A DNA stretch of 63,248 nt from an uncultured virus (IMG/VR IMGVR_UViG_3300034684_000231) (IMGVR_UViG_3300034684_000231), one strand, 5' to 3'. Counted from the first letter of the stretch, positions 1-13,937 are shown. The notes: generated by a model not told the origin, from the letters alone. Made by a program: numbers and translations.

Positions 1-1338
1 TGCTATTTTTGTAATTAACTTATCTACATCAGGCATTTTTCCAGTTTCCACCATTTCTTGCTTAGCAGATATTAGAGTTTCCTATACAGCAGCAGCGGAT
101 TCTGCAATCTTTTTAAATGGTCTTGGTAATTTTGGTTTGTTCTTTAATAGCGCAGATACAAAGCTTTTGTATGGCTACACAAAAGGAGAAGTAGTATTTT
201 CAATATTCAGTTCTTTGCTTGCAAATCTTTCAAATAGCGAACTTAATATTTGAGATTCATCGATGAATTTGTTGACATCAAACAACGACATTAATGCCTC
301 TTTAGAATATGTATCTCCGTAAAAAGCTGTGAATATATACATGAATTTGTGCAAATCTTTTATGTATTCTTTTAAGTATTCATTAGCTTCTAATCCTTCG
401 TTTATATTGTCTGCGATAGTATCAACTCCGTGGAGTATTAAACCTAAAATTGATACCATAATATAGGCAAATAACATTTGAACTAATCCTTCAAGCACAG
501 CACTCATTGGATCTGGGTTCTTTGTAATATTCCTAAAGAAATCCCCGGTTGCGTTCCATAAAACGTACATATTAGCATATGTGGCTTCTAAAACATCTAA
601 TGTCGTGACTGTATCATCAAGAAATTTATAAATTGACTCTTTGTTGTCCTTTAACATTTTAATCAGAGGAAGATTGTTATATTGACTTGTCCACGTATTG
701 ATTGTAGTTTCTACATAATCTTCAAATCGTTTATAACTTTCTTCGTTGGAATAATTATTAAAGATTTGAGAATAGTAATTCTTGTATGCAGTAATGTAAA
801 AGCCCCAAAAAGAAATATATTTAATTAAACAACAAGACGGATTTGAGAATATTACATCTAACAACGCATCAGCGGTTTTGTCTAAATTGTTAGCTAACCT
901 TTTCAGGCCTTCTTGTACCGCATTTTGTGCATCTGTTTTTAATTTGTTTACTACTGAATTTTCATTATCTGCAGATGTTGTTGATTTTTGTTGTGCTTCC
1001 GGACTAATAATTTCATATTTAGATATAGTATCTGTAAGTTCATTCACTAATACAACTTTGTCTTCGGTGTAATGAACTGCATATGCAAGATCTATAACAG
1101 AGCTTAAAGTGTTTTTGTGCTCTGACTCTAAAGACAACATCTAGTTATTTGCGCTGTTGATAATGTATCCTACAGCATTTAATACCTCTGGATATGCATA
1201 CTACACGTGAGGATCCATTATATCTGAAAATGCACTATATTTTGCAAACATGGATTGTCCACTGTTAATATAGAAAACTTTCTATTTGCCTTGCTTTTTA
1301 GCGATTTCTAAACATTGTTTAATGTCTCTTGAGGCCAT
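1..1338 (-). CDS. Late/structural hypothetical protein, TAG-recoded, runs off the window end
   Basis: ATG at 1338 after GGCGGTGA. The frame contains ORF 175..1140 and is interrupted only by TAG codons down to position 1. Confidence 0.75.
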
Positions 1339-1350
1339 TTAATCACCGCC

Positions 1351-2505
1351 TTATTTAAGAATGTTGCCAAGTGTTCGTTTGATGTCTGTTTCAGAATAAT
1401 ATTTTCTGCCATATCTGTTATATCCAAGCTATACAACAGCAAGCATCTTACGTTGTGTAATTGACAATTTGTTACTTGATACAGTCTTTTTGCCACTCAT
1501 TACTTGATCAAGAAAATAAGGAGTTGAATCTGTTCCTAGTGTTAGGCCCTTTGGAATCCTAAAGAATGAACACATTAATTCATATTCCCTTACAGCAAAG
1601 AACCATACTATATGTTCCCATACTGTAATGAGTGGTATCCACTTGAATGGATACCAACTAAAGTTAAATCCCCAAAACGAAAAACTAAATCCTATATTCC
1701 TAATTTTGCCTAATATCCAGTTCATAATTTGTTCAAACGGCAATATAGTCCATGAACCAAAGATCCTAATGATATCAAGTTTTGCTTCAAAGTTCATTAA
1801 TAATTTCCAAAATAATATTTGGAACCAATCAACATTGAATACACAATCTAGAGATGGAGCTTCAACCGGCTTTACATTTGCAAGTTTTACGCCGGTTGAC
1901 TTTTCCTATACGCGAATCTATTTTAATCCTTGTTTAACGCTCTTAGTATTTCCAGCATGTCTAGTTATATCTTTTTTAAATTGTCTAAATGTACCGTTAT
2001 ATTCACGGTACTAATTAATTACATCAGACGTGGTTACGTCTGGTTGTTCTTCAGCTAAATTTAAATTTGTTGCGAGCCAAACGCCATCTTTATTTTTTAC
2101 CCACGCCTATGTACCATCTGTGGACGGGAATGCTAAGCCGAACTGAGTTGGAATAGGTTTAAGCTCAAATCCGCTTAGCACCTATTCTCGGGGTGGAAGT
2201 TGAGATTTGTAAACATCTATGGCATACATTACATCTTTTGCCTTCACATACGGATCGGTATCATCGTCGCCTATGATTTCTCTAAATTGAAGCAATCTTT
2301 CTTTTAAGTTTACATCAACATTTGCATCTGTTATTGGTTTGTCTTTAACAGATTCAATCTATGCTTTCTAATATTCTTTTAATTTATTCATGTCATATTC
2401 TAATTGCAAGTCTTCTAATGTTTTCTATTGCCGTTTAGTTTCGTGTTTCTGAATAGTTTGTTGCTCAAAAGTCTATTGCCGTGATTTTAATTTGATAAAT
2501 TTCAT
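1351..2505 (-). CDS. Hypothetical late protein, 384 aa with TAG read-through
   Basis: ATG at 2505 after AGGTGA; several in-frame TAGs; includes ORF 1429..1797; ends TAA at 1351. Confidence 0.75.
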
Positions 2506-2511
2506 TCATAA

Positions 2512-4230
2512 TCACCTGCCCCAGCGGTAAAGTTTGTTAATAAGTTGATGTCTGTTAATACTACTATTTCCATTTACACCTCTAATGGTGTTAGATGTAA
2601 CAGGAGCTAACACGTCATTATTAGGATTCTATACTATGCCAATGGAATTAACTTTCGGCTATGCAAGCTCTTCTTTGATAAGATACATGCCAAATAAAGC
2701 AAGCATCATCTATTCAAGAGTGTGTACATTGCCCTTGGAGTATTTAACGCTTCCGTTTTCAAGTACTTTTTCAACCACATAAGAACGCATCTGTCCTATA
2801 AGTTTGCTTTTAATATCTTCTGATTTAGGAAGTATAAGCCTACCGTTTTCAAGCATACGTTTAGCGTTTGAAACCATAAAGTCTTTTGCAGGCACTTTTT
2901 GATATGTGCCTAAAATTGGATCGAATACTTCTATCGTGGAGCCAAAATGAATAGTTTCTAACGTGTTTAGAAATGCTTCGTTGTTGTTTTGTACTCCCCA
3001 ATGTCTAAGGGCTTGGATCTGCGTCATACCAAAACCTTCGTCCATGACTATCTTTCTTGGTTTGTATAATTCATAAAGCTCTATAATTTTATTTACCTAA
3101 ACTATTTGAGTAAACTCAGATGGAGGAACTATTACTATATTCGATATTCTGTGTTTGTTGTGATGTGGTTCATAACGAACTATTACTATGTGAACCCCCT
3201 ATATAGATTCATTCCAGTCTATACCAAATGTGTAAATGCTAGGCGGAGGTGGCATATGATCAAATTCATAATCTTCTAGTGCCATGTCTATTTGCTCGTT
3301 TGGAAACACACCAGATTCTTGCAGCGTAAATTCTGCGAGAACTTCTCTTTCATACTGTTCTTTTGACATATTACGCTTAAATTCTTCGTCTGTTTCTGGA
3401 TCGTATGTTTCTAAGTCGTGATATCTTCTATGCATTTCTGCATACTAAGGATCGTGACACCATTGATAGAAGTAGCTCCTGTGTCCAGATGGAGTTGAAG
3501 ACTAAATGAGTTGCGTATCACTTGAAGTAGCAATCAATGGGTAAATGGCCGCAAACTAATTTTCTGATATAAAGTCCATCTCATCAAGAATCAAAAGATC
3601 TGCAGACTGAGACCTAACACTAGTTCCATCTTTGTCACCTGTTGTAATACCTCTAATAGTAGACCCGTTTGTAAATTGAAATTCCATATTAGGGCTTTTC
3701 TTGTACAGAGTACCATCGTTTGAACCCCGTTTGACAACAGAATGGATTAATATGTCACTGTTGATAATCATTTCATTCATTTTGTCGAACAGTTCTTTAA
3801 CTTGCGATTCACGTGGTGCTACAACTCTTATCCTTGCTTTTGCATGTACGAACTAATACCACAAAGCATACATGGCCATAGCGTGTGATTTACCAGCACG
3901 CCTCTATATTCTTAATACTTTTCTTGGTGACGTACACGAAAGAAATTCTTTCTGGAATTGACGAGGGTTTATCTTTAATATGTATTTAACAAAGAAATAT
4001 GGATACTGCTATGCAAGTTTAATGATATCGTCTGGTTTCTTTGGTTCAATATCAAATAAACCAGCTGGTATAGGATTACATTTAACTTTCCAGTTTAATT
4101 GTTTGCCTAATACGTGATTTACAACGCAGTTTACACACGCGGTATCAGGTTCATAGTCTATATCTAGTACACGTTTTGCAAACTTAACCTATTTATCATA
4201 CGATTCAAATTTGTCAACCCATTTAACCAT
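2512..4230 (-). CDS. terL: Terminase large subunit, 572 aa with TAG read-through
   Basis: One frame joins ORFs 3556..3780, 3199..3435 and 2710..3045. Motifs: PRQFQ, Walker A VLRI*RRAGKS, VVAPRESQ, Walker B LLILDEMD, coupling LI*SSTPSG, REVLAEF, nuclease FGIDWN. SD GGAGGG; TGA stop. Confidence 0.92.
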
Positions 4231-4258
4231 GTAATATTTCCCTCCTTGTTTCTATTTT

Positions 4259-4268
4259 GTTAATTAAC
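4259..4268. promoter_or_regulatory. GTTAATTAAC palindrome, candidate late promoter element
   Basis: Lies between the divergent terL and 4296 genes; the same motif recurs before other TAG-containing operons. Confidence 0.45.
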
Positions 4269-4295
4269 ACACGAAGTTTGAGGAGGTGTATATAA

Positions 4296-4874
4296 ATGCT
4301 GCCAGAAAGAGCAAGGGAAGCACAAAGATAGAGCTTGCCTGAACGAGTTGTAAAAAAGCTTGGTAGAAATGTTTTAGCGGAACTTGAAGATCACGAAGAA
4401 TTTGATAAAGGCCAACTTTAGACTCTTGCGCTTGTATGTAAGGGTAAAGACAAATGTCCATACGGCACAGATTGTCCTGTATCAAAACCGCCAGTTAGCG
4501 AGCGTTGTCCTATGGAAATTTACTATTAGGAGAAGTGGTTTGCCGAATACTGCGAGTCTTACAACATTGATCCTGTTGACAAATCGCAGGCTTCTCTTGT
4601 TGTAAGTTTGATATCAGTTGAAATTCAGCTTATGAGATAGCAGTCTATTATTGCAAAAGAAGGATTTGAGCAAATGGTTGTAACTGAATCAGAAGATGGA
4701 AGGAAAAAGTATGATAAGAAGCTTCACAATGTGCTTCAGCTTATTGATCAATTGGAAAAGCGTAAGGCTACAATAATTAAAGAGATACGAAACTCTGTTT
4801 CAACAAAACAAACAAATTAGATAGTCGGAGATATAGCACAAATACTTTCAATGGCTAAAAAATCCGGGGAGTAA
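4296..4874 (+). CDS. Cys-cluster protein, 192 aa with 5 TAGs; possible terminase small subunit
   Basis: SD GGAGG, ATG at 4296, TAA at 4874. Contains CKGKDKCPYGTDCP..ERCPME then a helical region; divergent from terL. Function inferred from position only. Confidence 0.6.
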
Positions 4875-4889
4875 TTCCCCGAATTATTT

Positions 4890-7800
4890 TTATAGCCATT
4901 TTGTTGCTCTTTCTTTTAACATCTGAAGTTCATCAAATAATTCGTCATGTCTGTTTCCTCTTACCGACATTATCTCTGCCATTGTATATCCATATGTTCC
5001 GTATTTTGTTATAATAGCTCTCCTTTGTTGAAATACTTCTGGGCCTATTAAGATGTATGGTAATAAGTTAATCATGTCACCGTCGTCGTCTCCAGCAATC
5101 TATTCTGCTACATGCTTTGGCACATCTATTGTATTATGTCTAGAAAAACCTACTATTCTAATGTGTGGTAAGTGTCCTATAATTGGATGCCTTTGCATGT
5201 AACCCCACATTTCTCCATATTTTGTAGCAAAATCAAATGCTTTGTATGGCGGCTCTAACACACGAAGTCCTCTGTTTAATTCTTCAATTGCTAGTCCGCC
5301 AGCACGTTCTGAGTATTGTAGAAAACCTCGATACTTGTCTATTAACTGCATTATCTATCTTTTCTGGAACGCTCGTGCGTTTTTATATTTTTGAATTTTT
5401 AGTATAGACAAATCTTCTAAGATAGGTACATTCTACTAAACAAGCTCGTATATTTCTCGCTCGTTTGCATATTTGCCCTATTCTGGATTATAGTAAATTA
5501 CATAATCTTTTAACTTATTATTCCAGTCTATAATTAGCGCGCTTCTAGACCATCTTTCAAAGAGGTTGTTCACTTTCATTTCTTTTTGTCCACTAACATA
5601 CTATTCGATTTCTGATATTTCGCTTGCAGGTAAATGTGATTTTAATTCGTCAAGAGTAATAACGTTACTTTTAACCTAAGAAGCTATGAGCTGTTGTAAC
5701 TATCGTTTCGGCATTCTTGTGCCACCTAAATCTTCTCTTGCTGTTGCATGCAAACCGCTAATGCCGATACCGTGCCTTTTCGAAAGTGTGCGTGCAAACG
5801 CTCTTGTCTGTATGTTGCCAAGTGTCATCATTCTACTGGAATAGAATTTAAACGACTGCATTGCGCGCTATGCATCACCACGCGCAACGTTTTGTAAGAG
5901 AGAATGAATTCCCTAGAACATATTCATGAACGTTTCTGCCTCAAGTGATAAGTGTAGTTGTGCGCCCGTGTTGTTAAACAACCTTGGAACATACATTTTA
6001 GCCATTTGAATGCCCGCGTCCCCAGCAGAAAGTGTAATTATATTACCTTGTTCTTTTGCTATCTGCGTTAATACTTTTGTCATTCTATATGTGCTCCATT
6101 TGTTAAGACCAATTTGGCCTGCCTAACCTGTAAGTGTTTCAAAGTATTGTGTTGCAACCGCTGGAATTAATATTTCTTCACCTGCAAATTGCTATAACCT
6201 TTTTGCTTGAGATTCAGTAATTGAGAATACTATGTTTCCCGTATCTAACTGAGTTCTTGGGTTTGTAAGTATGTCAGATAATACATCTAACAGATCCTAT
6301 GTTCTTTGAAGTCTGGCATCTTGTATTCTTGCAGATCTAAACTATTGTGCCATTTGTCTTAATCTTACTACGTTGTCTCGCACTACTTCTTGAGATTTAA
6401 TTGAACTAAATACATTTACAAATGGCTGTAATCCTTGCAAAAGCCCTATATTTCGCTATGAATGTATGCCTGCTCCTTTATTAATCTATTTTCTTGCGGC
6501 ATAATTTGGTTTAACATAACCTTTTTCTATCAAAGCCTATATTTGACCTGCCTATGCACCTTCTGATAGAGAGGTGGTAGTATTAGTAAGCATTATCGTC
6601 TTTTCAATATCATTGTCACTTGCGTCTGAACTTAACAATAAACTAAGCAAACCTGTTTGTTTGAATAAAGCAAGCTGTGGCAAAACCTGTGCAGATTGGT
6701 TTGAAATTTCAGTCCAATATGCTTGGTGGCTCTTCCCTGTATAGGCATATACTTTGTGAAAAATCAAAGGCATTGTAATATTTGTTCTTGCCCATTTGTC
6801 TCCTTCTTTTATATAAACAGTGCCTTTCATTTTGTTCAAGAATACATCTGACATTTTCTCTGTTACATTTTTTGTGAATTCATTCCACGCAACTGGTTTT
6901 GTAACGTCTATACCTTCAGCTATTTCAGGCAAGAGTTTGTTGAACATATCCTCGCCGTAGATATATTTATAAGCTCTGAGAGAACCTTGTAAAAATTCTG
7001 CTATTTTGTTCTTACGTTTTCCTTGAGTGTTTATGAATGCACCAACTGGAATTAATTGTCCGTTGATTTCGACAGCAATTTCTCTGTCAAAACGGAATGT
7101 TACCATACCTTTTGATCTTGCAATACCAGTTATTTTCAACTGTTCTGGTATATCTGCAAATGTAACTTTACCAAATTTATCTCTTGTCTAAATTTTAAGA
7201 GATTCAGCCAATTGTTTCTACATAAAATATGCGTCTCCAACCATTGTTAAATCAGTACCAAGCACCGAGCTAAAGAAGGATATGTTTTCTTTGTCTACAA
7301 CACCCGTTGGCAATAGAAAACCTGGCATTTCTGTTGTTTCAAGAGTTTCTTCATATACACCAGGCATTTTTACTTTTAAAAGCTATGCGGCCCTTTTTTC
7401 GTTGAGTTGATACACATAATCTACTAACTCTGAAGTTTTTCTGTATGTGTGATCGATTACAAGATCCGGTGCTTTTGCACCGTATGTATTGATAACACGG
7501 ACTGCGTCAGTCTATGCGGCCACTGGGTTAAACATTTCTTGAATAGGCGTTACAGCATGTCCGTACGGCTTTAATGCAACTGTTGAACCTACTGTGTTTG
7601 GCGACGAAATAGAAATAGCATCTGTTAAACGGTGAGGAACAATTGATAGTAATACGCCTTTGTAGTTAAATTGCTGAATGCCAAGTAAGTACTCAGGAAG
7701 CTGTTCTAACTCAAAAGTTGATTTGTACTATAAGTGCGAGTAATATAACTCTTTTGTGCGTTTAAGCATTCTGTTGTATATCCATTCATACACGTTTGAT

Positions 7801-10800
7801 TCTGTAGGTGTGCTTCCTATTATTGATTTCAATCTTTGAAATTGTGAGTTACTTAATTTTCCAAGACGTTGAGCAAAGAATTCTTTAAACACGTCTTCTG
7901 TCTATTCTTTTAGATTTATTTTTTTTGCGTTTAAGAAGTTAGTTAACACGTCTTGATTCATTACATCGTGTAAAACAAAGTATAATTCTGGGTCAATTTC
8001 TTGTGCATTTCTATGCGAAAGAAACATTGCTCTTAATAAGTCAATTGATTGGAATGTTCTTCCTGTTTGGGTGTAACTGTACATTCTATTAAAGAGCATA
8101 TTTATTAAATCTCTTCTTGCTTCGTACTTAATTCCTGTTTTTGCGGTTGTGTACATCATTACTGGTAAACCTAAATTACTTGGTTTATACATCATTTCTG
8201 CATATTGTGGCGCTAAAACTCCAAGCCATGTTTTGATAGCCTACATAGCAGCTTCAGGTTGATCAAATACAGTTTCAAATGCATAGCGCGCTTGTGTTTC
8301 TGTATAAGAAAATGTTTCCCCGCTTCCAGGAGTTACAATCAAACCTCCCGATTTGCTTTCGTCAAATGAGTATATAATACCAGTTTGGTATACTTTTATA
8401 CCTTCTCCTTGCCTCATTGCATCTTCTGACATTTCTTCGAAAAATTCATCTTCTTCAAGTCCCAAGTCTTGAGCTTCTATCCTACCTTCCGCGACATTTA
8501 AACTTGTTTGTTTGTACTTTAACACCCCTTCCGCTGGCAAACCCTATGTTTCAACATATTGAAATTGTTTTTGCATAACAGGAGGAACTACCTGCGATAA
8601 ATTCATGTCAGGTGTAAGAATTCCACCCTATATTAAAGAGCGTATTTTTTGATATGCCCCGCCTTTGAGCTATTCTTCAAAATATCTTGTGGTCCTCTAC
8701 ATTCTTGTAATAGCTTGTTTTCTCGGTTCACGTATAAATCTGTATGTAGCTAAGTTTGTAAGAGATGAAATTTGTATATACGGGAACATTGTTGCTTCTG
8801 ACATTGATTTCATCTTTCTTTTAACAAGATACTGTAACTAATAATCGCTTGCATAGTTGCCTTTTATAAAATCGTCCACAACATCTTTATATGTGTCAAT
8901 GGTCAAGTTTGCCGCCATGCCATAACTAGTGTCTTGCTACGCCTTGTACTGAATCATATCTGCTAGCTAACCAAATCTAAGCTATTGTCTGTCTATATAG
9001 CGAAGCGACGATTTTTGCAAGATATCTTGGAAAGATGCAAACGTTTTTGCTTTGCTAATTGTTTTTGCAAACGTTTTGTTTTCCATCGTTTCTTGAACTA
9101 TTGCTTTCAATGTATTTTCGTCAACATATTTGTATTTCGCTCTCAATTTAAGTGTGATATATTCTGGCGTCTACATAGGTTTATCTTGTCCAGGTAAAAT
9201 AAGCTTTGGTTTTTCAACCTGTTGCTATAATTGCTGCTCTGATTCTATTGGTAATATTATTTTAGGTTTTTGCGTACTAGCTTTTGATGGTTTTGCTTTC
9301 TTGATGTTTTTTAATTCTTGTTGAACGTCGGCTACAATATTCTGTACTAATTTCATCGAACGATAATCAATGCTTGACGGTTCTATACCAAGTTGTTCCT
9401 ACAGCACATCAATAAATTGTCTTTTTTGTAATGAAGCCCAGCGTTGATACGCAATATCATCTTCCTATAAATCTGAAACTTGTTGTGCAAAATTCATATA
9501 GCGTTGAAACAATACATCTAAGTTTTGTGAAATTGCTTGTTGCCCACCGAGTGCTCTTTCAAAACCAGTTTGGAATAGTTCTGTAATACCAGAAGCAATA
9601 TACTATCTTCTCATTAATTGTTCTCCTGATGAGCCAAGAGACAAGGTTTGCCCAACATTGATGTATTTTGTTAATGTGTCGTATGCTATGAGTTCTTTAA
9701 TACTTCGTTGAATTGATTGGTTTGTGACAATTGGTTGTATATCCTCTCTCATTGATTCGTATAGAAATTTAGCAACGTTTTCTATGTTACTTACATATTT
9801 AGAGCGTAAGTCTTTAAAGAACTAATCAGCACTTGTGGTCGATTTTACACCAGTAATGAATTCCTCAGTAAAACCAAATCTATCTAATTGATCCTATTTG
9901 CGTTTAAGCAAATTTAATATTTCGCCAGTTTTAAACTGGCTTAAATCACCAGAATATAGCGCATTGTAAATAGAAGTCAATATGTTGGTTGGTTCTTGAT
10001 CAAATGGAGTATTTTGAGCAAGCGAATTAACAAGAGACTATATGATAACTTTTGTGTTAGATTTGTCAACTGTTTTCTGCGCGTCTGCTTGAAGAACAAG
10101 CTAAATATTAATAGCCTATTCTTGTTCGTATCTTCTTAACTATTCAGCTACTGATAAAGGATTATTTAAATCAGCATCTTTAAACATAGCAGACAATTCA
10201 GATTGAAAAGATGGTCCTGTTCCGGCAGGAGATTTATCTTTAACTGAAATGCCAAATATGTTAGCAAGTTGTTGCTATAACTGATCTATAGATTTTCTAC
10301 TTACAGAAGTTACAGCATATTGTTCTTGTTTGGTTAACATTTGCGTAAGCTGTTCCTATGTATCAGCAACAAATGTTCGTAATGTACTTAATAAATCTAT
10401 AGAATCAGTCATATTATTTGCTAATATTTGCTAATCATGCATTTTTGCACTGCCAACAAGCAAGCTTGCTGTATTTCTTAACTAATGAGCTAATTGAGGT
10501 GATATAGGAGCACCAGCAGGCGTGATTGATGTAGCGGCTTCTTCAAACTATTGCATTACTTTATAATAATTAAACCCTTCTATATCAAACTACACATTTT
10601 TTGCTTTTTCAAGAGCCTATTTAAACGCATAAGAGCTTAGTATGTTTTCTGGCGCTATTGATAATTGCCTTAGCCTGTTCACAAATTCATCCGTTGACAT
10701 TGAAGTTGTTAAAAATGTTTTGAATGAACTACCAAGACTTATTGAACGTATAACAAAATTTGTCAAATCAGACAAGCTTTTATTAGGATCAAGCAAAGTG

Positions 10801-11633
10801 TCAACAACTATACCAGTAACACTTTTACCCTTTAAACCTATAGTTGCTGTAAAGACATCTGCAATAGGGGCATAACCTTTTACATTCCGATTAAATTTCT
10901 CCTATTTCTTTATGAATGTTTCTAGTCCTTGTTGAGAGAATATATCTTGCATTGCAAGATCTGGGTTGTGCCTATAAAACTGTGCAATAGACTTTAATGT
11001 ATCTTGATGTTGGCCAACCCATTTTTCTACAGCTCCTGTATACTTTGTGTACTATTCACTACTTTTATCAAGAAATCTTGAGCCAAAAGTCAAAAGTCTT
11101 GATTTCAGTTCTTCCGGGATTTTATCTATATCAGCGCCTGTACGGCCATATAACGTATTAAAAAACAAAAACAAATCATTGAACTACAACAGCTTATTTG
11201 TGTCTTCGGCTGAACTAATTGAACCTAACATTTGCGCGTTAAAACTTCCCATTAACTATTCATAGGAAGTAATTGCGTCTGTTATGCCTTCTGTCGTTAT
11301 TCCAGCAGGTTTAAATACATCTTTGTATAACCGTTTAAATGGCTCAATGTTCTTTTTTGCATCTATAACGAATGAATGTATGTTGCTAATTGTTTGTAGC
11401 AACTTAGTTTGTTTTGCTTTGTCAGGTGTAATATCTGTAATGACTTGTGGTAATTGTGTTTTAAGTTGCCAAATTAAATTGTTGACTTGATCAAGATCGC
11501 CTTGTTGTGCATATGTATCTATCTTTTTGACAACAGCTCGTAAATCTTCAGGTAAGCTAAGCTTCTTTTCAGGTATTTCTAATATTTGTCCTAAAAGAGC
11601 CTAAAAAGAAGGCGCTCCTGCAAACAGCTTCAT
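4890..11633 (-). CDS. Giant (~2247 aa) virion-type two-barrel RNA polymerase polyprotein, TAG-recoded
   Basis: SD AAGGAGG, ATG at 11633. Track ORFs at 8241, 7902, 6552, 5100 and 4890 share one frame and the upstream four end in TAG. C-terminal QRHPIIG...VAE*IAGDDDGDMI catalytic motif. The frame was spot-checked, not read exhaustively. Confidence 0.82.
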
Positions 11634-11650
11634 TATTTTTGCCTCCTTTA

Positions 11651-12391
11651 TCATCCGTATATTGCAATATATGGATTTGTGCCAAACACACCCTAGTCAT
11701 TTAATATTTGCCTTGTTACCATTGCGTTTTGCAAGCTACGCATAATGATTTGCTCTTCCTATTTAGAGAATCGTTGTGAGTCTTTATACTTTGGATTAAT
11801 GCTACCAGTAATTCCCTACAAGCGTCTGTAATATCTAAGTCTTTCAGCACGCTTTTTTGATTCTATTGCCTATGTTCCAATAGCTTCTGCAATTGTTAAA
11901 CCTATACTCCACATTTGTGTTCTTTGCCACATTGACATGCCAGCAAGGATTTTTCCAGACTTGCGTGTCAATGAAACTATTTTTTTTAATTCTGCTTCTG
12001 CTACATCATCTAATGTTTCTTTAATAGTGCCCTTTAAAATTTTTTGAGGTACTTTTAAAGCTTTGTGTACATCAGTAGGATATCCGAGCCATCCCATATC
12101 TAATTGTGTTATTTTTGGTAAATGTTTCTGTAATATTGGGCGTATATGAGTGAATTTGTTTTTAAACTAAGGAGAAATGAGTTTCTCATATATAACTTTG
12201 TTTAATTTTCCAAGTCCTTTTCCAAATTGAATGTTTGGTTGTAATGGCTAAAGAGCCATCATGCTCAGAAATGATTCAACCTCATACTACCCTATCATTG
12301 ACAGTGATAGTTTAAACATCAACGAACCAAAATTTACATTACTAACCGGCTGTACTTCTTGTGTGTTTAAGTCATATATGAAGCTTGGCAT
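11651..12391 (-). CDS. Hypothetical virion/ejection-type protein, 246 aa, TAG-recoded
   Basis: SD AAGGAGG, ATG at 12391, includes ORF 11870..12097, ends TGA TAA; directly upstream of the giant RNAP gene. Confidence 0.7.
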
Positions 12392-12404
12392 TTAGGATGC
12401 CTCC

Positions 12405-13235
12405 TTATCCAAAGAATCTTTGGTGAGTTTTTGCTCCTGTTAATATAGATCTATAATCTATGTTTGATCCAGATGACATAGAAGAAAAAACACCTGCAAA
12501 AAATCCGAGCGTTGCGTATGATGTTAGCTAAGTAAGTCCTAGCTATTTTGACATACGTTTTGCTTTGAATATTTTAATTGCTTCATCCATGTTGGTTACA
12601 CCATATTTCTTGTACATCCTTGGTAATTTGTTTAGATCATTGCCAAAGATATGTGTCTTTAAGTTATTAAGTTTTTTGGCCACATCATCAGACTTGTGTA
12701 TATTACCAAATAATCGCTCGAGTATTTCTTGTTGTAGTTCGTCGGTAAGTTCTACTTTTTTGTTTACAACATCAAGCCAATTAATTTCTGTGCCATTTGA
12801 TAATTTAAGAGATACCTTACCAGCTGCAAAAGATTTAGCTATTTGAAAGTCTTGCTGTTGTGCATATCCTTCTATTATTTTGCGTGCATCTTCTAAGTAT
12901 TTGCTCATTGTTTTAGTAGCTGTTTTCTAATCTAAATCGTTTAGATCGACTACTTTCTTATATACATTTTCACTAATCAAGCCATATTTTTTCGCCAAGA
13001 ACAGTTTGTATACACTGTCTGTATATGCATCAAATTGCTTGCTTGCAGTCTCTATATTTTTTAATTTCTCTAGTTGCATTACCTTTTTAACGTATGCATT
13101 TTCGTATACCCATCCACCTGCAAACCTATATCCAAAAAGAAACGTGTTGCTTATTGCTCGACCAAGAACATTAGTTTTGTGTTTCGCATGATTATTAAGC
13201 TTTGTTTGTGCAGATGTGCCTGCTGCTGTTGCCAT
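12405..13235 (-). CDS. Hypothetical virion/ejection-type protein, 276 aa, C-terminal hydrophobic helix, TAG-recoded
   Basis: ORFs 12927..13235 and 12543..12908 share a frame across TAG; continues *LGLT*LTSYATLGFFAGVFSS to TAA at 12405. Confidence 0.75.
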
Positions 13236-13261
13236 TTATATACACCCCCCTAATATCTCCT

Positions 13262-13275
13262 CAGTTAATTAACTG
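13262..13275. promoter_or_regulatory. CAGTTAATTAACTG palindrome, candidate late promoter element
   Basis: Perfect 14-bp palindrome between divergent TAG-containing genes. Confidence 0.45.
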
Positions 13276-13327
13276 CGGCTGTTCTAAAATATAAACAAAA
13301 AAAGAAAATATGAAGGAGGATGGTATT

Positions 13328-13909
13328 ATGTTGATGGGATATTATACAACTTTACCAGGCTATGAATGTATATTGACTAACTACAAACAACACAGAATTA
13401 TAGGGATACCATATGAGTTTTATGAGCCTAATGGCATTGTGTTCATAGATTTTAACGACGCAGACAAAGAATGTACATTGTCATGGTATGAAATTTTACA
13501 TGCTTCAAATTTCGACAGCGTGTATTAGGAAGATGACGAAGAATTGAAAGACATAATGGAGAGTGCAATTTCAGACAGAAACAAAAGAGTGATGAAAGAT
13601 ATAGTTGCATTTTATATTGAACCAGTAGATTCTGACGTTAAAGCAATTGAATATATGTTGGAACATAGCAGATATTATGAACTGAGGTATTCTGAAATCC
13701 CATCTATGGTTCTTGATAGTTTTGTCCCGTTGTTTATAGACGATAACGATAAAATTCTTGCTATAGGTTTTGGAACCACTGCTATACATACGACAGATAC
13801 GACAAAAAATATGTTGGAAATGGTAGCGTTTAACGATCGTGTAATCATGAAAGAAGTGCTAATTATTCCTATTAAGAAATCAGCTATTGCGCTAAACCAT
13901 AACATATAA
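13328..13909 (+). CDS. Hypothetical protein, 193 aa, one internal TAG
   Basis: SD AGGAGG, ATG at 13328. ORFs 13310..13528 and 13544..13909 are in frame across the TAG at 13526. Confidence 0.65.
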
Positions 13910-13912
13910 GAA

Positions 13913-13937
13913 ACCGGGCATTTAAGCCCGGTTTTTT
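13913..13937. terminator. Bidirectional intrinsic terminator
   Basis: AACCGGGC-atttaa-GCCCGGTT hairpin with A/T tails between convergent genes. Confidence 0.7.

Noticed and set aside
8985..13191. Plus-strand track ORFs (8985, 9130, 10642, 11047, 11284, 12565, 13006) and similar ones at 14552-15152 and 27460-27918
   Set aside because: Antisense shadows of TAG-recoded minus-strand genes; no evident SD or recognisable motifs.
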